Of a DNA stretch of 64,000 nt, positions 41,801 through 57,864 are shown one piece after another. The translations under genes were made by a program, and so were the position numbers. Where the stretch lies: NCBI RefSeq assembly GCF_009914755.1, contig NC_060936.1. One strand, written 5' to 3'. Position 1 is the first letter of the stretch. Every line of letters starts with the position of its first letter. The notes beneath the pieces were generated by a model. The model ran no database searches. It was not told the origin of the DNA and saw only the letters and a program-made list of their open reading frames with translations. The DNA is from the human T2T-CHM13v2.0 reference genome, Homo sapiens.

Positions 41801-43609
41801 GCATAAAAGTGATATGACCCTGGTGTTACCAATTGCCAATGATATGTAAATATTACCTAGGAAGTAAAGGCTAATGACTCGTGAAGCAATCATTTCCAAA
41901 GGTTGGCCCACAGGTTGGCGTCATGCTATGAATAATAAGTTTTAGAGTTTGGAGGTGAGATAAGAAAAATAAGCACAATGTAGAGAGTTCTTAATAAAGG
42001 GAAACATATTCCATTTTGAATTTTATAGTTATGTCCTTACATGAAATAACAGTAATAACAGTTGGTTTTATTTTCCACATTCGTATCCAGAAAAATAAAA
42101 AGGTAGCTACTCTATTGCACTCCAAAAGTGGCTATTTTCACCTGACTTTGGCTGTCTCTTTATATTCTGTGAAATCCACAACTCCGGGAGCAATTGCCTG
42201 TAAAGGTAACAGTGTCTAGATTCATTCCTATGTTAAATAGTTGGCTATTCTGAAAGGGTGAATAGTGTAGAGCATCCAGTAGAGAGAAGTGGAACCTCCT
42301 GCATCATTAAGCTGAAACTATTGAATCTTTGCTTGAAATTTTTGATTATTAAAAAAAAGTACATCAGGGATTGTAGATTCATATTCATATTCACACACAT
42401 ATAATATTCTTTATGTAGACAATGCATTAAGGAAACAGCACTGTAATTTTTCCATGAAATATAAATGCCAAACTCATGCATAATTTATACAACATAAAAC
42501 CATCAGACCATGTACTTTGGGTGTTTAATTATGATCCCTTGGTTCTTCCTGATGAGCGCCATTAATCAGTCCAATCAGTGTCTGAAATGTCCTATTTCTA
42601 TTTACAAATAAACACCTAAATGGAGGTGTTAAAATAAACTTCATTGAAATGTGCTTTTGCATGAAGCATTTCTCAACCTAAATATAATAAAAGGAATTTA
42701 AGAGCAAATAAATGATTGACACAAACAATAATTATTTTATCCGAGATTTTTAGAGATACAAGGAAAAGTATATATTTAAGCATCTTAACCTTTTGCTCAA
42801 GCAAAACTTTCTGCTGTTTAATTAGTATGTGGCTCTTTCTTAGAGAAACTCTGAAGCTGCCTCTTTAATACTGATAAATTTAGAAGGGAACTTCATGATT
42901 TAATTTGATGGTGTATTAGTATAGTCTGCCCCATGGCTTTCTAAAGGCTAGAGCAACGTCTCAATGTTTTCACATTTTCTAATTCCCCAAGAACCTCCCC
43001 ATGTTTTCAAAGAGAAATAAATTAGGCTAGGACAGACTGTAAGCCTTAAGAGCTGGATTTTGTTTTCTCTTTACAAATCTTATTCTACGTCTGCTCCATT
43101 GCATCACCATAACAACACAGATCTGTGGAACATTTCCAAATGGCTTGAAAGGACATTTTATCCACAAAGCCTGCAAGCATTTATAAGGTATACATTACCA
43201 TCTGTTTCCTTAAAAGTAGACTGAAAACCTGATTTGAGTCTGCTGCTATCACACCAGAAGCAGCATTGTCATTTGTTAAGATGCACCATTGTCTCCTCTC
43301 TAGCAGCAGATCAGGCTCAGCCAGAGATGTCTCCAAACCACATCCACAACTCTTCGTGGCAGGACCTTCTATCAGTCACTGGGCGCTCTCAATTATGTCT
43401 TGACTCTGCAATCCCTCTGTATAGTACACTGTAGTGCTGTGCTTGATGCTTTGCAAATATCATCTGGTAATTTCATCTATAAGTGTATTTCAAATGTCAG
43501 TTAGCATATAACTATTACTACTGCTGCTCCTTATTTCCCAGTACTTTTATTCACTTTATATCCTCAATAAATATTTGCAAAATAAATGATAGATAGTAGT
43601 AGTTAATAC

Positions 43610-43830
43610 AGTAGCATGAATCTTAAGCTTGAACTAAGTTTGAGTCCTATCTCTGTCACCTATTAGCTGTGAAACTTTGGACAAGTTATTTAAAGTCTCT
43701 AATCCTCCAGTTCTTCATCGGTAAACCAGAGATGTCAGTATCTCTTTCACAGGCTTCTCATAAAGGTAAAACATTATTATTATGGTAGGCCAAGTGCCCA
43801 ACACATAATAAAGGTCCAATAGCTATTTGT
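43610..43830 (+). mobile_element. MIR
   Basis: tttgagtcctatctctgtcacctattagctgtgaaactttggacaagttatttaa. Confidence 0.7.
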
Positions 43831-43844
43831 TTGTGTAATTATTG

Positions 43845-44560
43845 TTCATTCCATTCATTCAACAACTACTTATTGAACACCTACTATGTTCTTGGCATGT
43901 TCTAAGGGTTGAATAATGAGTGGTGAATAAGTTACATATGGCCGTTGCATTTTAGGGAGTTTACACATTTGTAGGGGAGACATATGATAAACAAATAAAT
44001 CAGTATGTAATTACAAATAATGATAAAAGCTACGAAGGAGACAGGGTGCTATGATTGAGAACACAAGAGTAAGGAGAGCCTACTTAAATGGGGTAATCAG
44101 AAAAGGCCTCCTTGAGGAGCTCATGTTTAAACTGCAATGAGGAAAATGCCCTGTGAAGACTGGGAGAGAGCAGAGAGCAGAGGCGGAGCAGGAAAGCACT
44201 CAGCAAACTGACAACGACGAAGGACCCAAGGGTCTGGAGCAATGCTCAGTAAGAAAAGCTGCCAAGGCTGAAAGACCTTCAGAAGCCAGAGTATTCAGTC
44301 TTGTAGGACATGGGACGAAGTTTGGATTTTCCTCTAACTTCAGTGAGAAACCATTGAGAGGTTTTAATGAGAAGAGTGTCATGATTTGATTTCTGTTTTT
44401 AGGAAATGACTCTGGCTACCTTGTGATAATTTGAAAAAATACAAAAGTGGATAGACAAGTTAAGAACCCATTGCAATAATCCAAGCCAGAGATGATGGTG
44501 ACTTGGACTTAGTGGCAAGGGTGATGGAGAGATGGAATAATTTCAAGCATATTATAAAGA
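43845..44560 (-). mobile_element. L2 3' fragment
   Basis: cattcattcaacaactacttattgaacacctactatg...gagatgatggtgacttggact. Confidence 0.75.
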
Positions 44561-44578
44561 TTTTAAAAATCGAATCTC

Positions 44579-44891
<313 letters not shown>

Positions 44892-45971
44892 TTAAGATAT
44901 TGACTGGAGGAAAGGAGTATTTTTTGTGTTTGAAATAGACTTACTCCTGAATGTATTCACTCCTGGAACTATCACCAGTTAGCCTGTAGGCTCTCCAAAA
45001 GGGAATGTGGCAGAGGAATAATTTTTAGACATTGACATCAAATATTGTCTGATAACCATTCAGTTATTCTCTTGCAACCTTCTTCTCCATCTCAGAAACT
45101 TACTCAACACATTGTCTTATTTATATCCCTATTCCTCAAATCCTGCACTAAGACTTGGGGAAAGGCAAAAATGCTTCATCATCAGGGAAACTTTAGTCTT
45201 AGCACCAAGTTGAGCTGCTAGTAATATGTGAAGTCTTGTTTTATTCTCATCAAATGCAACAAAAATTACTGAACCTCCTTATATGAAACTTGTCTTTTGG
45301 CTTACTCAGAAGCTTCCAGAATTCCCCATAACTTAGAGTGATTTTTTTTTTAAGATTAATTTTTTGGTCGTAAATACATATGTGCTTATGCTCATTCCTT
45401 TGTAAACACACCAACAGATGACATAGAATATTTTGTTGCATAATGATTAAGACTGAATTTGGCAAGAACTCAAATATGAAGGGTTATTCTTAGAAAAACA
45501 AGTTCAGTGACGGGACTTTAAAACTTCTAATAATCTATACCAAATGAACACATAAGGAAGTCCACAATATGACTTGTAGATATCAATTTAAAGCCATATA
45601 TACCTGAAATAAGAATCTTGTGCATTCACTCACAGATACTATCTCAGCACTGTGAAAGAATATGAGTGATTCCATTTTTCTCCCTTTTGGGGAGTGGATT
45701 CTGCAACTAGTATCAATCACTACTTTGTGCATATTCCATCAAAATGCATGCTACCAAGATATGCAATGAATTTTGACCACTTAAACATCTTTGCGGGAAT
45801 TTTCTCAATAAGTGGGAGCAATGAAATTCTACTGCTCCTAATATGTGCAGAAAATAGCTAATAAGCGGATTCTTTAGAAAATATCACTGGGTAATTCTGA
45901 TGGCCAGAAGCCCAGCATGATGCAATTCAAAAACAACCAAAGATCTAACTCATCCTTCCTATTTGTTGTAG

Positions 45972-46250
<279 letters not shown>

Positions 46251-46479
46251 TGAGAAATTAGAACCTTGAAAGAATTAAACCCAAATTAGGTAATTTTGAG
46301 AGCAGAGAAGAGGACAAGCAAAAATGTTGAGGACTGCAAAGCATGACATCTAGAAATATGAAATGTGGGTGTAGAATCAGACGAGGGAGAGCAATGCAAA
46401 ATGATGAGGCACCTGGAAGATATGTAATGGAAGAATTCCAAAGAAAAGTTGTATCAAATAATTAAAGTAGCATCTGCCA

Positions 46480-46690
46480 TTTTTTTAGCGTATGCCAAGG
46501 CCAGGCATTATACTGGACATTTTTTAAATTTTATCTCTAATTCTTGCAATAAGTCTACAATATAGATTTTAGTACTCTTATAGAGAAGAAAACAAACCTT
46601 CATGAGGTTATATACCACACTTAAGGCTCTTCAGCTAGTAACTGGCAGAGCCAGGATTTGATACCAGAGCCATCCATCTCTAAAAACCAG
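46480..46690 (-). mobile_element. MIR
   Basis: cagctagtaactggcagagccaggatttga. Confidence 0.65.
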
Positions 46691-47204
46691 GGTTGCCTGG
46701 TAGGATTGCTCAGCCTCCATAATTATATACAGTAAGGACAAAGCCCAGCTGTTTCCACACCAAAAAAAAACCACATTTTCCAAAGTTTGATTAGGTTTTA
46801 AACAGAACTTTAGAAGCTCTAAGTCCTAAGCTGAATTTGAGAAGCCCTAAGCGTTTTACTTGGAAGAAAGACCATTTTGACACATTTTCAGAAACATGGC
46901 AGAGTAGTCAAGTGCCAGGAAACTGACAGGAAGACAAAAGTGACAAGGGACAACCAGATTCTGAGTTACCTATTTTGTCCAAAAGTACCAGTCTGAGAGA
47001 AGAAATGTAGAACTACAAACAGTATCTTACTGTGAGAAGAGAGTGGCAGATACTGGCAATTGTCTTCTAATATATATTACCTGATTCTTTTGTTTAATAA
47101 TAGAACTCTTGAGTTTTAGCTGGATTTAGCTGTCCAGCTAGACAGTGTTCTTCCCAGGCCCCTTTGTAGCTAGGCTCCAACCAATGGAACTTCTGGTTTA
47201 TATC

Positions 47205-48181
47205 TGTCAAGTTAAAAACAAATCTGGACTTTATTCAAAAGGACTTTTGCAAAGAGTAAGAGAGGGACTATTGCACAAAGGAGAACATTTGACTATAAGA
47301 TCTGCAAGCTTTAGGCAAAAAGGATTTTTCTTGTCTAAAGAGAAGTAAACAAGACCAGAAAGATGTAGATGTAGAGAAGTGGGATGAAAGTATGGAAGGA
47401 TCAGATAGTACATCCAGGAATGTTTTACCCTGAGACCAGTCTATTTTTTTGGCAGAGATCCTTAAGGAAGGGTTGTATGGCTGACTCAGGCTTAAAGCAG
47501 GCAAGAGTTCAGGGGACTAGAGGAAGGAGAAAATCTTAACAAAGGTTTGGTTAGTAAGCATTTTGTTTCCACTGATCGGTGGTGAGAAAACAGTCCAGCT
47601 GATAATTTCAAAGGCAAAGAATAGGAATTTGGAAAGTCTGTGTCTGGCCTTGTCATAGGAAAACAAGAGGGGCATTGTATTAGTCTGTTCTCATACTGCT
47701 ATAAAGAAATAACCTGAAACTGGGTACTTTATAAAGAAAAGAGGCATAATTGGCTCGCAGTTTTTGCAGGCTTTACAAGAAGCATGGCTGGGAGGCCTCA
47801 GGAAACTTACAATCATGGCAGAAGGTGAAGGGGAAGCAGGCACATCTTACATGGCTGAAGCAGGAGGAAGAGAGAGAAGGGGGAGGTGCTACGCATTTTT
47901 AAACAACCAGATCTTGTGAGAATTCACTATCCCAATAACAACAAGAGGGAAATCCACCCCCAGGATCTAATCGCCTCCCACCAGGCCCCTACTTCAACAC
48001 TGAGGATTACAATTCAACATGAGTCTTGGGCAGGGACACAAATCCAAACCATATCGGGCATCCTTGATTCTTAACAAAGTCGTGGTTGAGTAAGCTGCTG
48101 TTTCCCAGAACACAATGGGTGGCAGGATTTCTTTAATCATAGCTGTTTTTCAGGATCACAGGGCTCAGGTAAATTTCAACA
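47205..48181 (-). mobile_element. ERV1-type LTR (subfamily uncertain) hosting MSTA, within an MLT1 relic
   Basis: gactttattcaaaaggact...agggctcaggtaaatttcaaca; MLT1-like sequence on both sides. Confidence 0.5.
47676..48056 (-). mobile_element. MSTA solo LTR
   Basis: tgtattagtctgttctc...agaagcatggctgggaggcctcagg...tccaaaccatatcg; perfect GGCAT TSD. Confidence 0.9.
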
Positions 48182-48905
48182 CTGTCATAACCTTAAAAGG
48201 AATCTGCTTGCCCTGTCCTTCTTTCCCCTTCTAGTGGTTCGAACTTAAACACAGTGGCCATGAGACATCCTAAAGGATGATATAACCTAAAGATGGGAGG
48301 AGCCTGGGTCCCTGGGTCCCTGGATGACAGGAAAAGAGCTGTCTACTTGCCCTGGACAGCTCACCTACCTCTGGACTATTAAGTAAGAGAAAAATAAACA
48401 TTTTTCTAGTTTATACCTCTTTATTTGAGGTCTTCAAGTTATAGCCACTTAGCTAGTACCCTAATGAACACAAATAGTCTCTGCAAACAGGAAAGTTTCT
48501 TTTTTATTTGGCATCATGGTCAAGCTGTCAAGCATCATCTTCAAATATGAGAGATAATATTAAATGCAGAGCTCCTTCCTAGTGCCAAGAACTCACATTC
48601 TCATTAATCTGTGATTGCCTAAAGCATCAAAAGCTCAATTTTGCTCTTATTTTTCTGTATCACACAGGAAACAGAATTCTGTTTCGGCTCCTAAAATGCA
48701 TTAAAAACTTTTCATTTTAGGTAGCATTGGAACTCAAAGTAAATAGTAGGATGGATGGTATGTATGTATTATTGATTAAGTAATATATGTTAATGTATGT
48801 ATTTGCTTGTGGTATTACTGGGGCTCTTAAAAAGTTACTAAATGTCAGAATGTCCTACAATTTGATTCAAATGGTCTTTAAATCAGTAATAGCCTTCTTT
48901 ATCCA

Positions 48906-49397
48906 TGAGAGGGTTAGAGACATGCTACCAAAAAATGTGACACCTTGGCATTTGAAGACAAAGCAGAAGCGGGAAGGTCATTCTCACCTTCCTCTCGCTC
49001 CTTCTTCACTGAAGCAGAAATTCTCTGGTCTTTCCCTAAAGTAGGTTATAAGACCTTCATTCTAGAGGGGTCCTCCCTATACCCCAAAGAGAGAAACATC
49101 CTTGTCCTCAAAGGCACAGAAATATCAAGAAGAAACTGAAAAACAGGCCTTGCTTGTTCCTGCAGTTTATTACCTTTAGATCATATCCTTTTATCTTCCA
49201 ATCATACTTCTGCATGACTGTCCATAAAAATACACAGTTTTTTTCTGTTTCTTCGAGTTATCATTCATTTCTGAAAGTGCCCATATCACATAAATTTTAC
49301 ATTTGCATGCCTTCCACTTGTTAGTCTGTCTTTTGTTATAGGGGTCTCAGCAATGAACCTAGCAGTGGGTGAGGAAAATAATCTTTTCTCCTCTGCA
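48906..49397 (+). mobile_element. MER34/MER39-like solo LTR
   Basis: catgctaccaaaaaatgtgacaccttggcatt...tctgtcttttgttataggggtctcagcaatgaaccta. Confidence 0.7.
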
Positions 49398-50034
49398 TCG
49401 GACATGTGGTCATAGGAAGATATGGATGGTCCATCAGGAGTGATTAAAAGAACTAACATCACCACCAAACATGCATTGCTTTTAGTCAGACTTTGTAATG
49501 CACCCATCAAAATTCCTCCCAAATGTAGCATCCACGTGGTGTACTTTGCTAAATGAACAACTATATGTATGTCTGTTGTTAGTGGCATAGCTCTTCAAAT
49601 TCCAAAGGTCTTTCCTTCAATGTTCAAATTTCTCAAGCAGTTCTTATAACTTAAATATGAGATATCAATTACTCTGCATTCCTACAGTGAAAAAAAAATA
49701 ATCCAATATCAAAACTGCATAGGAAGGCTGTTTGTTCAATTTGATCTAAACAAAGAATTAGTTAAAATTAATCACTGTGGCCTCTTTGATTCACTGGATC
49801 ATTGAAGTCACTGTCTCAGTTGAGTTCTTAATGGTTTTCAAATACATTTTGGAGAAATTCCCTATTCTAGCAAAAAAAAAAAAAAATGAACCTTTATGGT
49901 AAGTTTTAATTCCGTGTATCTTGCCTGTTTCTTATCTGACTTTAATATGTTGTAAAATTATTCCAAATTTGTATTGTACATTGTCTCATTTTAAAAACAT
50001 TTAAAAAACAGGTCCAAGAAGACATATGAGACAT

Positions 50035-50608
50035 ACTGGAACCGTAATAGGTCCATTGTCCAATATGCATGGCAAGTCAATGCCCTGAGACACCGGGTTA
50101 CAGCAGATCATAGAGCTGCAGATCAAGAAGATGGGAGGAAACCTCTATTCCGTCTCCCCTAGGAGTCTGGGGCTAAGGTTGTTAAGGATTTTGGAGTGGG
50201 CTGAAGTGTAGAGATTGCTGATTGGTCAAAGATAGCAGATGGAAGTCCTAGACAGGGAGGACTGCATACAAACTGTATTCTCATGTTATTTCCCTTCTTC
50301 TGTGGGGGTCTTCAAATTGGTCGGTATCAGCTTTTTCCCTGGAATTTGGGATCTAAAAAACATTGTATGCAATTCTTAAACAAAATCCTTATGATTCTAA
50401 CATCACAAATTCTATCTATGTTAAGTAAAAGCCTTCTGATTCTAATGTCAGAAATCCTGTCTATAGGAACCACAGGAATGCAAACAGTCAGTGTCAAGTG
50501 CAACACAACTTTTGGTTACAAGGAAGTGGGTCAAGTGCAACCTGGTTAATGTTTAATATAACTATATTTCTGTCCAGAATTCTTGTTAACCCTGTGAGAA
50601 CGGCTTCA
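50035..50608 (-). mobile_element. ERV1 MER4-group LTR (subfamily uncertain)
   Basis: caagtcaat...gagacaccgggttacagcaga...gatgggaggaaacctc...ttgttaaccctgtgagaacggcttca. Confidence 0.55.
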
Positions 50609-51114
50609 ATACAACCAAATATATGACATCATTTTTCAACTAAGTACTCAAAGATTAAAAAGCATTCTTTCCTCTCCCAAACTCCCACCCCTGCCCCCTG
50701 CCAATAGCTTCTGAAGTGTTATACTTAAAAGGATATGCTCCCCTCTGGGTATATTATCAATTAAGAACTTCTCTCTGCTTCAGTCCTTGCATTCTCTGCA
50801 ATAATCCAAAATCTTTTACATGTTAAAAACAATCTCACTCCCAAAAGATTTGATGTTTCTTGCTGATGCAAAACATCGCTAGAAAAGGTCATCTTTTTTG
50901 TACTGTGGTACCAACAAAGGAAAAGGGCACTAGCGAAGCTGTAATAAATTCATTAAAAAGTTTTATTTTCCATGCGGACTTAAAATCTGACCTATCATTA
51001 CAAAATAAATAAAAATTTACCTATCATTAGACTGAATTCTCTAATAAATAAGTACTTAGACACTTTTGTAGATCCTTTACTAAGAGCAGTGTTTATTAAG
51101 GTGACTAATATATA

Positions 51115-51965
<851 letters not shown>

Positions 51966-52367
51966 TAATGCTTTTTATTTTTTTACATAAACTTCCCATA
52001 TTTTTACTTTGATGGTCTACTACTAAATGCCAAAAGAAGAAATCTTATGGAAATGTACACACAATCTGAGTTAAGCATATACCAATGTCATTCTTAGATG
52101 TTATGATTCTTATACATTCTGGATTTGGAATGTAATGTGAAATGCAACTGGGTAGATAACAATTTGAAGACCCTTTGTTTATTTTGTTCAGAAAGTAAGT
52201 TCATAAAGTCAAATGTCATTGCATTGTGCATAATACAATAATTTTTCAGGACTATGTGACAAAACTGCACTGTTTATTAGTTATTATTAACTGCTATATC
52301 CTCAGCACCTGTTTTCACAGAGCAGAACATAGTAGACACTCAATAAATAATGATTAAATTGAAAGAA

Positions 52368-53205
52368 TGTTGGGCCTGAGTAGTATAATATAACATATAT
52401 TTTGGTCTTTGTCCCTTGTTCCTGTCACGGAGCACTTAAAAACTGTGGAATTTCCTAAGTGATAGGAGATTTGTTACAATAATGAGCCCTTTTTGATCAG
52501 ATTTGAGTTTATGCTAATGAGATCACTTAAGGTGGTTCCCCTAAATAGCCTCAGGAAGGGGCTGGTCACCAGAAAGACCAAGTGATTAGAGGACTGGAAC
52601 TTCCAGCCCCATCTCCCAACCTCTGGGAAATGGAGGTGGAAGCCACGGAGCTCAAGTTCTATAAAAACTCTTGAACAAGATTTGATGAGCTTCCAGGTTG
52701 CCGAACATGTGGAGGTGCCGGGAGGGTGGCAAGCCCAGACTGGGCACCCTCTGGAAGTCCTTGCTTCCCCATGCCTTGCCCTATCCATATCTTCATCTGG
52801 CTATCCATCTGTATCTTCTGTAATATCATAATAAACCAGTCAACATAGTGAAGTGTTTCTCTGAGCTCTGTGAGCCATCCTACAAATCACTGAATCCAAA
52901 AAGAGGAGTCTTGAGAACACAGATTTATGGCAGGTCAGTCAGAAGCACGGGTCACATCCTGAGACTTGTGATTGGCATCTGAAGTGGGGACATGTGATCT
53001 TGTGAGATTATGCCCTTATCCTACAGGCTCTGATGCTATGTCCAGGTAGATAGTGTCAGAATTGAACTGGATGATAGGACATTCAACTGGTTTCCTCAGG
53101 AGAATTGCTTGTGGGCAGTGGGGGGAACTGCAACACATCTGGTCACAGAAGTATTCTATATGTTGAGTGTAAAGAAGAGAGAAAAAAACAATTTGTTTTT
53201 CCTTT
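52368..53205 (+). mobile_element. MER21-family LTR
   Basis: tttggtctttgtccc...gagtttatgctaatgag...ggggctggtcaccagaaagaccaag...ccaggtagatagtgtcagaattga. Confidence 0.8.
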
Positions 53206-53741
53206 GGAGTCTACAAGGATTACATGTATCCCTTAGTTTAAAATGCTTATTCTCTTCAACAACTGGCTCTCAAGTGAAGGAAATACAAGATTTATTGCTA
53301 CATTAAGTTCATATAAAAGAGCGTTTCAATCTACAGTGTATGTTGAGGGGATGTGAACACTTTTAAATAGCTGCACCACATTGGGCAAGTTTTATAATTT
53401 CACTGAGATCATTTTCTTTTTTATAAAATGAAATTAATATAAATTATGGAGTTTAAATCAGGCAATATATACATCGTACCTATCTGTGTACCAAGCACAT
53501 GCTAGATACCCATTAGATGGTAAGAATTATTTCATTTCTCATGAGTAAAAGGGAAAGTTTATTCTATCTGATGACACTGGTCTGATTCTAAGGAAAAGTA
53601 GTAAATATTTTATAATATGCATGAAATTTTCATTGTATATATAAATAAACGTTCCGTCTCTCTCTTTTTTGGAAGACTAGAATAGAAAAGAGCCTAATAC
53701 CTGGCCAGAAAACAGCTGAATCCTTAGCTTGACCTTACAGA

Positions 53742-54472
53742 TGTTAAAGTAAATTAAAATGGACAGACTGAAAAAATCCCTGAGCAGACAAAGCCAGATA
53801 GGCCTCATAAGTGAGCTAAGACTTGCTTGATTTGCAAACATAAGCAAAACTTAACTTGAGCTATTTCTTTTAAATGCCTATATTAAAGAAAAAGAGAATG
53901 TAAGCTCAACCAATCAGAAACAGCCAACAAACTTAAAATTATATAACTAGAAATTTCCCAAAAGGATAAATCAAATATAGTATTCCCCTTTATCCTCAGC
54001 TTTGCTTTCAACAATTTCAGTTTCACAGTCCAAAAATAGATGAGTAGAGCACAATAAGATATTTTGAGAGACAAACCACACTCACATAATTTTTATTACA
54101 GTATATTGTTATAATTGTTGTATCTTATTGTTGTTGCTAATCTCTTATTGTGCCTAATTTATAAATTGAACTTTATTGTAGGTATGTATATATAGGAAAA
54201 AACAGAGTATATATTGGTTTTAGTACTATCCATGGTTTCAGACATCTACTGGGAGTCTTGGAACGTATCCTCCAAGGATAAGGGGGGATTACTGTAAGGC
54301 AACTGGATATTTTATTTGCTTTACTTCGGCGTCTCAGTTAAAAGCCTCTCCTTTGCATTCCCTCAGTGGAGTTTCTGAACCACTTCTGGTTTGGAGCTGC
54401 CCAATTCATGAATCACTGCTTGCTCAAATAAACTCTATAAAACGTTATTGTTTCCCAGTTTACTTTTTAACA
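53742..54472 (+). mobile_element. LTR54-like ERV1 solo LTR hosting MER44A
   Basis: tgttaaagtaaattaaaatgg...ttgctcaaataaactct...ttaaca; perfect CAGA TSD. Confidence 0.7.
53978..54294. mobile_element. MER44A (Tigger7-derived)
   Basis: TIRs tagtattcccctttatcc / ggataaggggggattactg, TA flanks. Confidence 0.85.
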
Positions 54473-54894
54473 CAGACTATCCCGTCCCTCATCACTACCA
54501 CCTTCATTCTTTTGTTGTGTTATTTCTGCAACGGTGATCTTGATTCTGCTTGGCCTCCACATGAGGCCATCTGCGTGGCTTTTGTTACTCCACCTATTGA
54601 ATCTCCCTTTGAGCAGGAGAAAGAAAAGATTTACAGAGTTCTGACCAAAGCAATTTTTTTCTCTCAGCACTAAATTACATAACAATAAAAGGAACATGAA
54701 ACTATTTACCAACTTTACTTATATCCAATAAAAGTACCATTTACAGGGTGTTGCATTAAGTTAATTGCTTTGCTTTCTCTAAATAAGGACTTAAATTTCA
54801 GTTCACAGAAAAAACTAATACCAAAAGAAACAGTTTGTGAAATACCAGCAGAGCCTGACTGAAAATGTTTTTTTTAGAAACCAAACCTACTCTT

Positions 54895-55078
54895 CCTGCA
54901 GACTGGAGTGCAGTAGTGTGACCACAGCTCACAGTAACCCCAAACTCCTGGGCTCAAGCGATCCTCTGACCTCAGCCTCTCAAGTAGCTGAGACTACAGG
55001 TGCGCACCACTACACCCGGCTAATTTTTTTTAAATTATTTTTTGTAGAGATAGGGTATCACTACTGTTGCCCAGCCTG
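54895..55078 (-). mobile_element. AluJ fragment
   Basis: ctggagtgcagtagtg...ctcctgggctcaagcgatcctc. Confidence 0.8.
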
Positions 55079-56311
55079 AAGAAATAAATTTGAACCAAAA
55101 CTTTAACTTCACGTTTCATCTTAGAGCAATAATTAACCAAAAGCATACTAAATGTCAAGTTCCCTTTGATTATTATTCACCAAGCCATGAGGCTGCTTTT
55201 TATTGTTTCTCAGGATGATCCTGAATAGAGATATTGTACAACTTGAATTGGGGAGAAACTGGTTGCTATCAACTTTGACCACAACAGATGCAAAATAATA
55301 GACTCCAATATTCTCTCAGAAGCTTTGGCAATTTTTTTTTCTGGAAACTATAAAAAGAAGTCTTTTTTGTTGCTGCTATTTTGCTTTGTTAGGTAGTTTG
55401 TACTGCTTCCATTCAGTCTTGTTTTAAGAGAAAAGCTTTATCCAGCATGCCTACCAGCAAAGCTACATAAAAGAATTCTATGGTGGTGCCCTGCCATAGT
55501 TTGCATTTGTTCCTGGTTTCTCAGGTGACCTATCTCATAACAAACCTTTTGAAAAGATTAGGAGGTACATGTTGGGATTAACAAAGAATTTTAAAGCTCA
55601 CTGAATCCAATAACCTGAGAAGTTTAAAAGAAAAAAAAAATCAAACATACAAAGAGATTGAATGGCTCCCTAAAATAAACAGACTACTTTATTAAGAATC
55701 TGCCTTAATAAAGTAGTTGACAGCTTCTCCCTCTCTATTGCAAACACTGTCCCTAACAAAGAAAAGGCTTCGTTTGCACAGCTGGTGCCTTAAGAACCGA
55801 CTACCAAAGGACTGAAACTTTAAATTGAATTTGAAGAAAAGACAATTGACACCAAAAATCACTAATATCTGGGAAGTAAAAGAAGCAGCAAGAGACTTTG
55901 TGAAGTGTAAACTTCTCATGAGACTGAAGAAAACTCAGCCTGACTGTTGGAAATCGGAGTCTGAGAAAGAACATGAAGCAGAGCTCCGGAAGTCCCTATC
56001 CCACACAGCTGCTGCAGTGATGATCTGGACAGCAGGGAGAGATCCATTTCCCAGGGCTGTGGGGTGGAAAGGCATCAATTTCTTCAGAGCTCAGAAGCCG
56101 GAGATCAATTTGGTTCTCACTATGAAAGCCTGGTGTCGAGTGAGGAATAATTTCAAGAAAGAGCCTACCTGATGTGACTTCGTCTAACTTCTGGAGTCCA
56201 CCCTACAATGAATCTCCATCATGGGGAGAAAGGTGGGATCTGAGAAAATCAGAAGAAGGTGGTAGTTTGTAGTCATTCTCCCCTTAAGCATATTTTTCTG
56301 ACCTTTTATTT

Positions 56312-56638
<327 letters not shown>

Positions 56639-57615
56639 TGGCCTTTTATTTTTTAAACAATATTTAAAGTCTCAAAAAGGAGAAGGTAACTAGTGTTTTA
56701 CAAGTAAAGCCTCTTGGGAAAAGAAGCAATAAGCTGGCTTAGGCTATTTATTATTTATAAAGTATCAATTTCCAAAAGAGATTGAGGCATCCATACAATA
56801 GAGACTCTTAAAACATTAAAACAGTTAGAACATTAAATCAGGAGCAAGAGAACAAGATGGCAGGACCTAATGGGGGCACTCCTCCCTTGGGAGTGGCAAG
56901 CGGGAATAATTGTACTAGAAAATATAAAAGCAGTCTTCCTTTTTTGCTCTGCCAACTGTCATGTGCAGAACTGAAATTTAAATTCAACTGCAATGAATTC
57001 TGTTCATATTTTGTCATTCATCTTCCAACTACAATAAAAAAGTGCTGAAGAAATTGCAGCTATAGCTCTCGTAGTCTGTTTCATAAACGTTTGTGGAATA
57101 CCTCCTATGTACTAGGTTCCCTTGAAGGATCTCAGAGTTTAATGAGAAAGAGGGACATGAATAAATAATCCCAATGGAATATGATCAGTTTTGTTTGCAT
57201 TTCTTTCTGTAAGTACTACAGTATAGGCTTTGAGCGGCTGGGGGGGAGAAAGGCCCTTAACTCAGGAGACAGAGGAAAAGGCATTAGCAACACTTCATGT
57301 AAGAGTGACATTTGGGCTGGGACTTAAAGGATGAAGATCAATTTTCCAGATGGAAAAGAAGGAGAAGAATATTCCCAAAAGAAACCATGCATGCAAAAGA
57401 ACTGAAGGAGAAAGGCCACAGCATTTCAGAAAACAGTTGGGTTGATGATAAAGTTTTAAAGATAGCTTAGAACCTTGCAAGACTTTAGGGCAGGTGCTGT
57501 AGATCTTTTGAACAGGGAAGTGAAATTACCCTATTTGAGTTTTAGAAGACAACTGGGTGTTGCAATTTGAAGAATGAATGAGAATAAGGGTGAAATTAAG
57601 GTAAGGAAGGAGGCT

Positions 57616-57824
57616 GTACTAATTAGAGCTCTCAAGAGAAACAAAATTAATAGGGGTATGTGTGTATATATAAATGCTGTATATATGTATATATATGGGG
57701 GGAGAGAGATTTATTACAAAGAAATGGCTTGCAATTATGGAGTCTGGCAAGTCTAAAATCTGCAGAATGAGCTATCAGGCTGGAGACCCAGGACAGCCAA
57801 AGTTCCAGTTCCAATCTGAAGGCA

Positions 57825-57826
<2 letters not shown>
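57616..57826 (-). mobile_element. MLT2-type (ERVL) LTR 3' fragment
   Basis: gagagatttattacaaagaaatggctt...attatggagtctggcaagtctaaaatctgcag...caggctggagaccca. Confidence 0.75.

Positions 57827-57864
<38 letters not shown>

Noticed and set aside
42549-42585. C/D-box snoRNA (TGATGA...CTGA)
   Set aside because: Boxes are only ~30 nt apart with no terminal stem; too short
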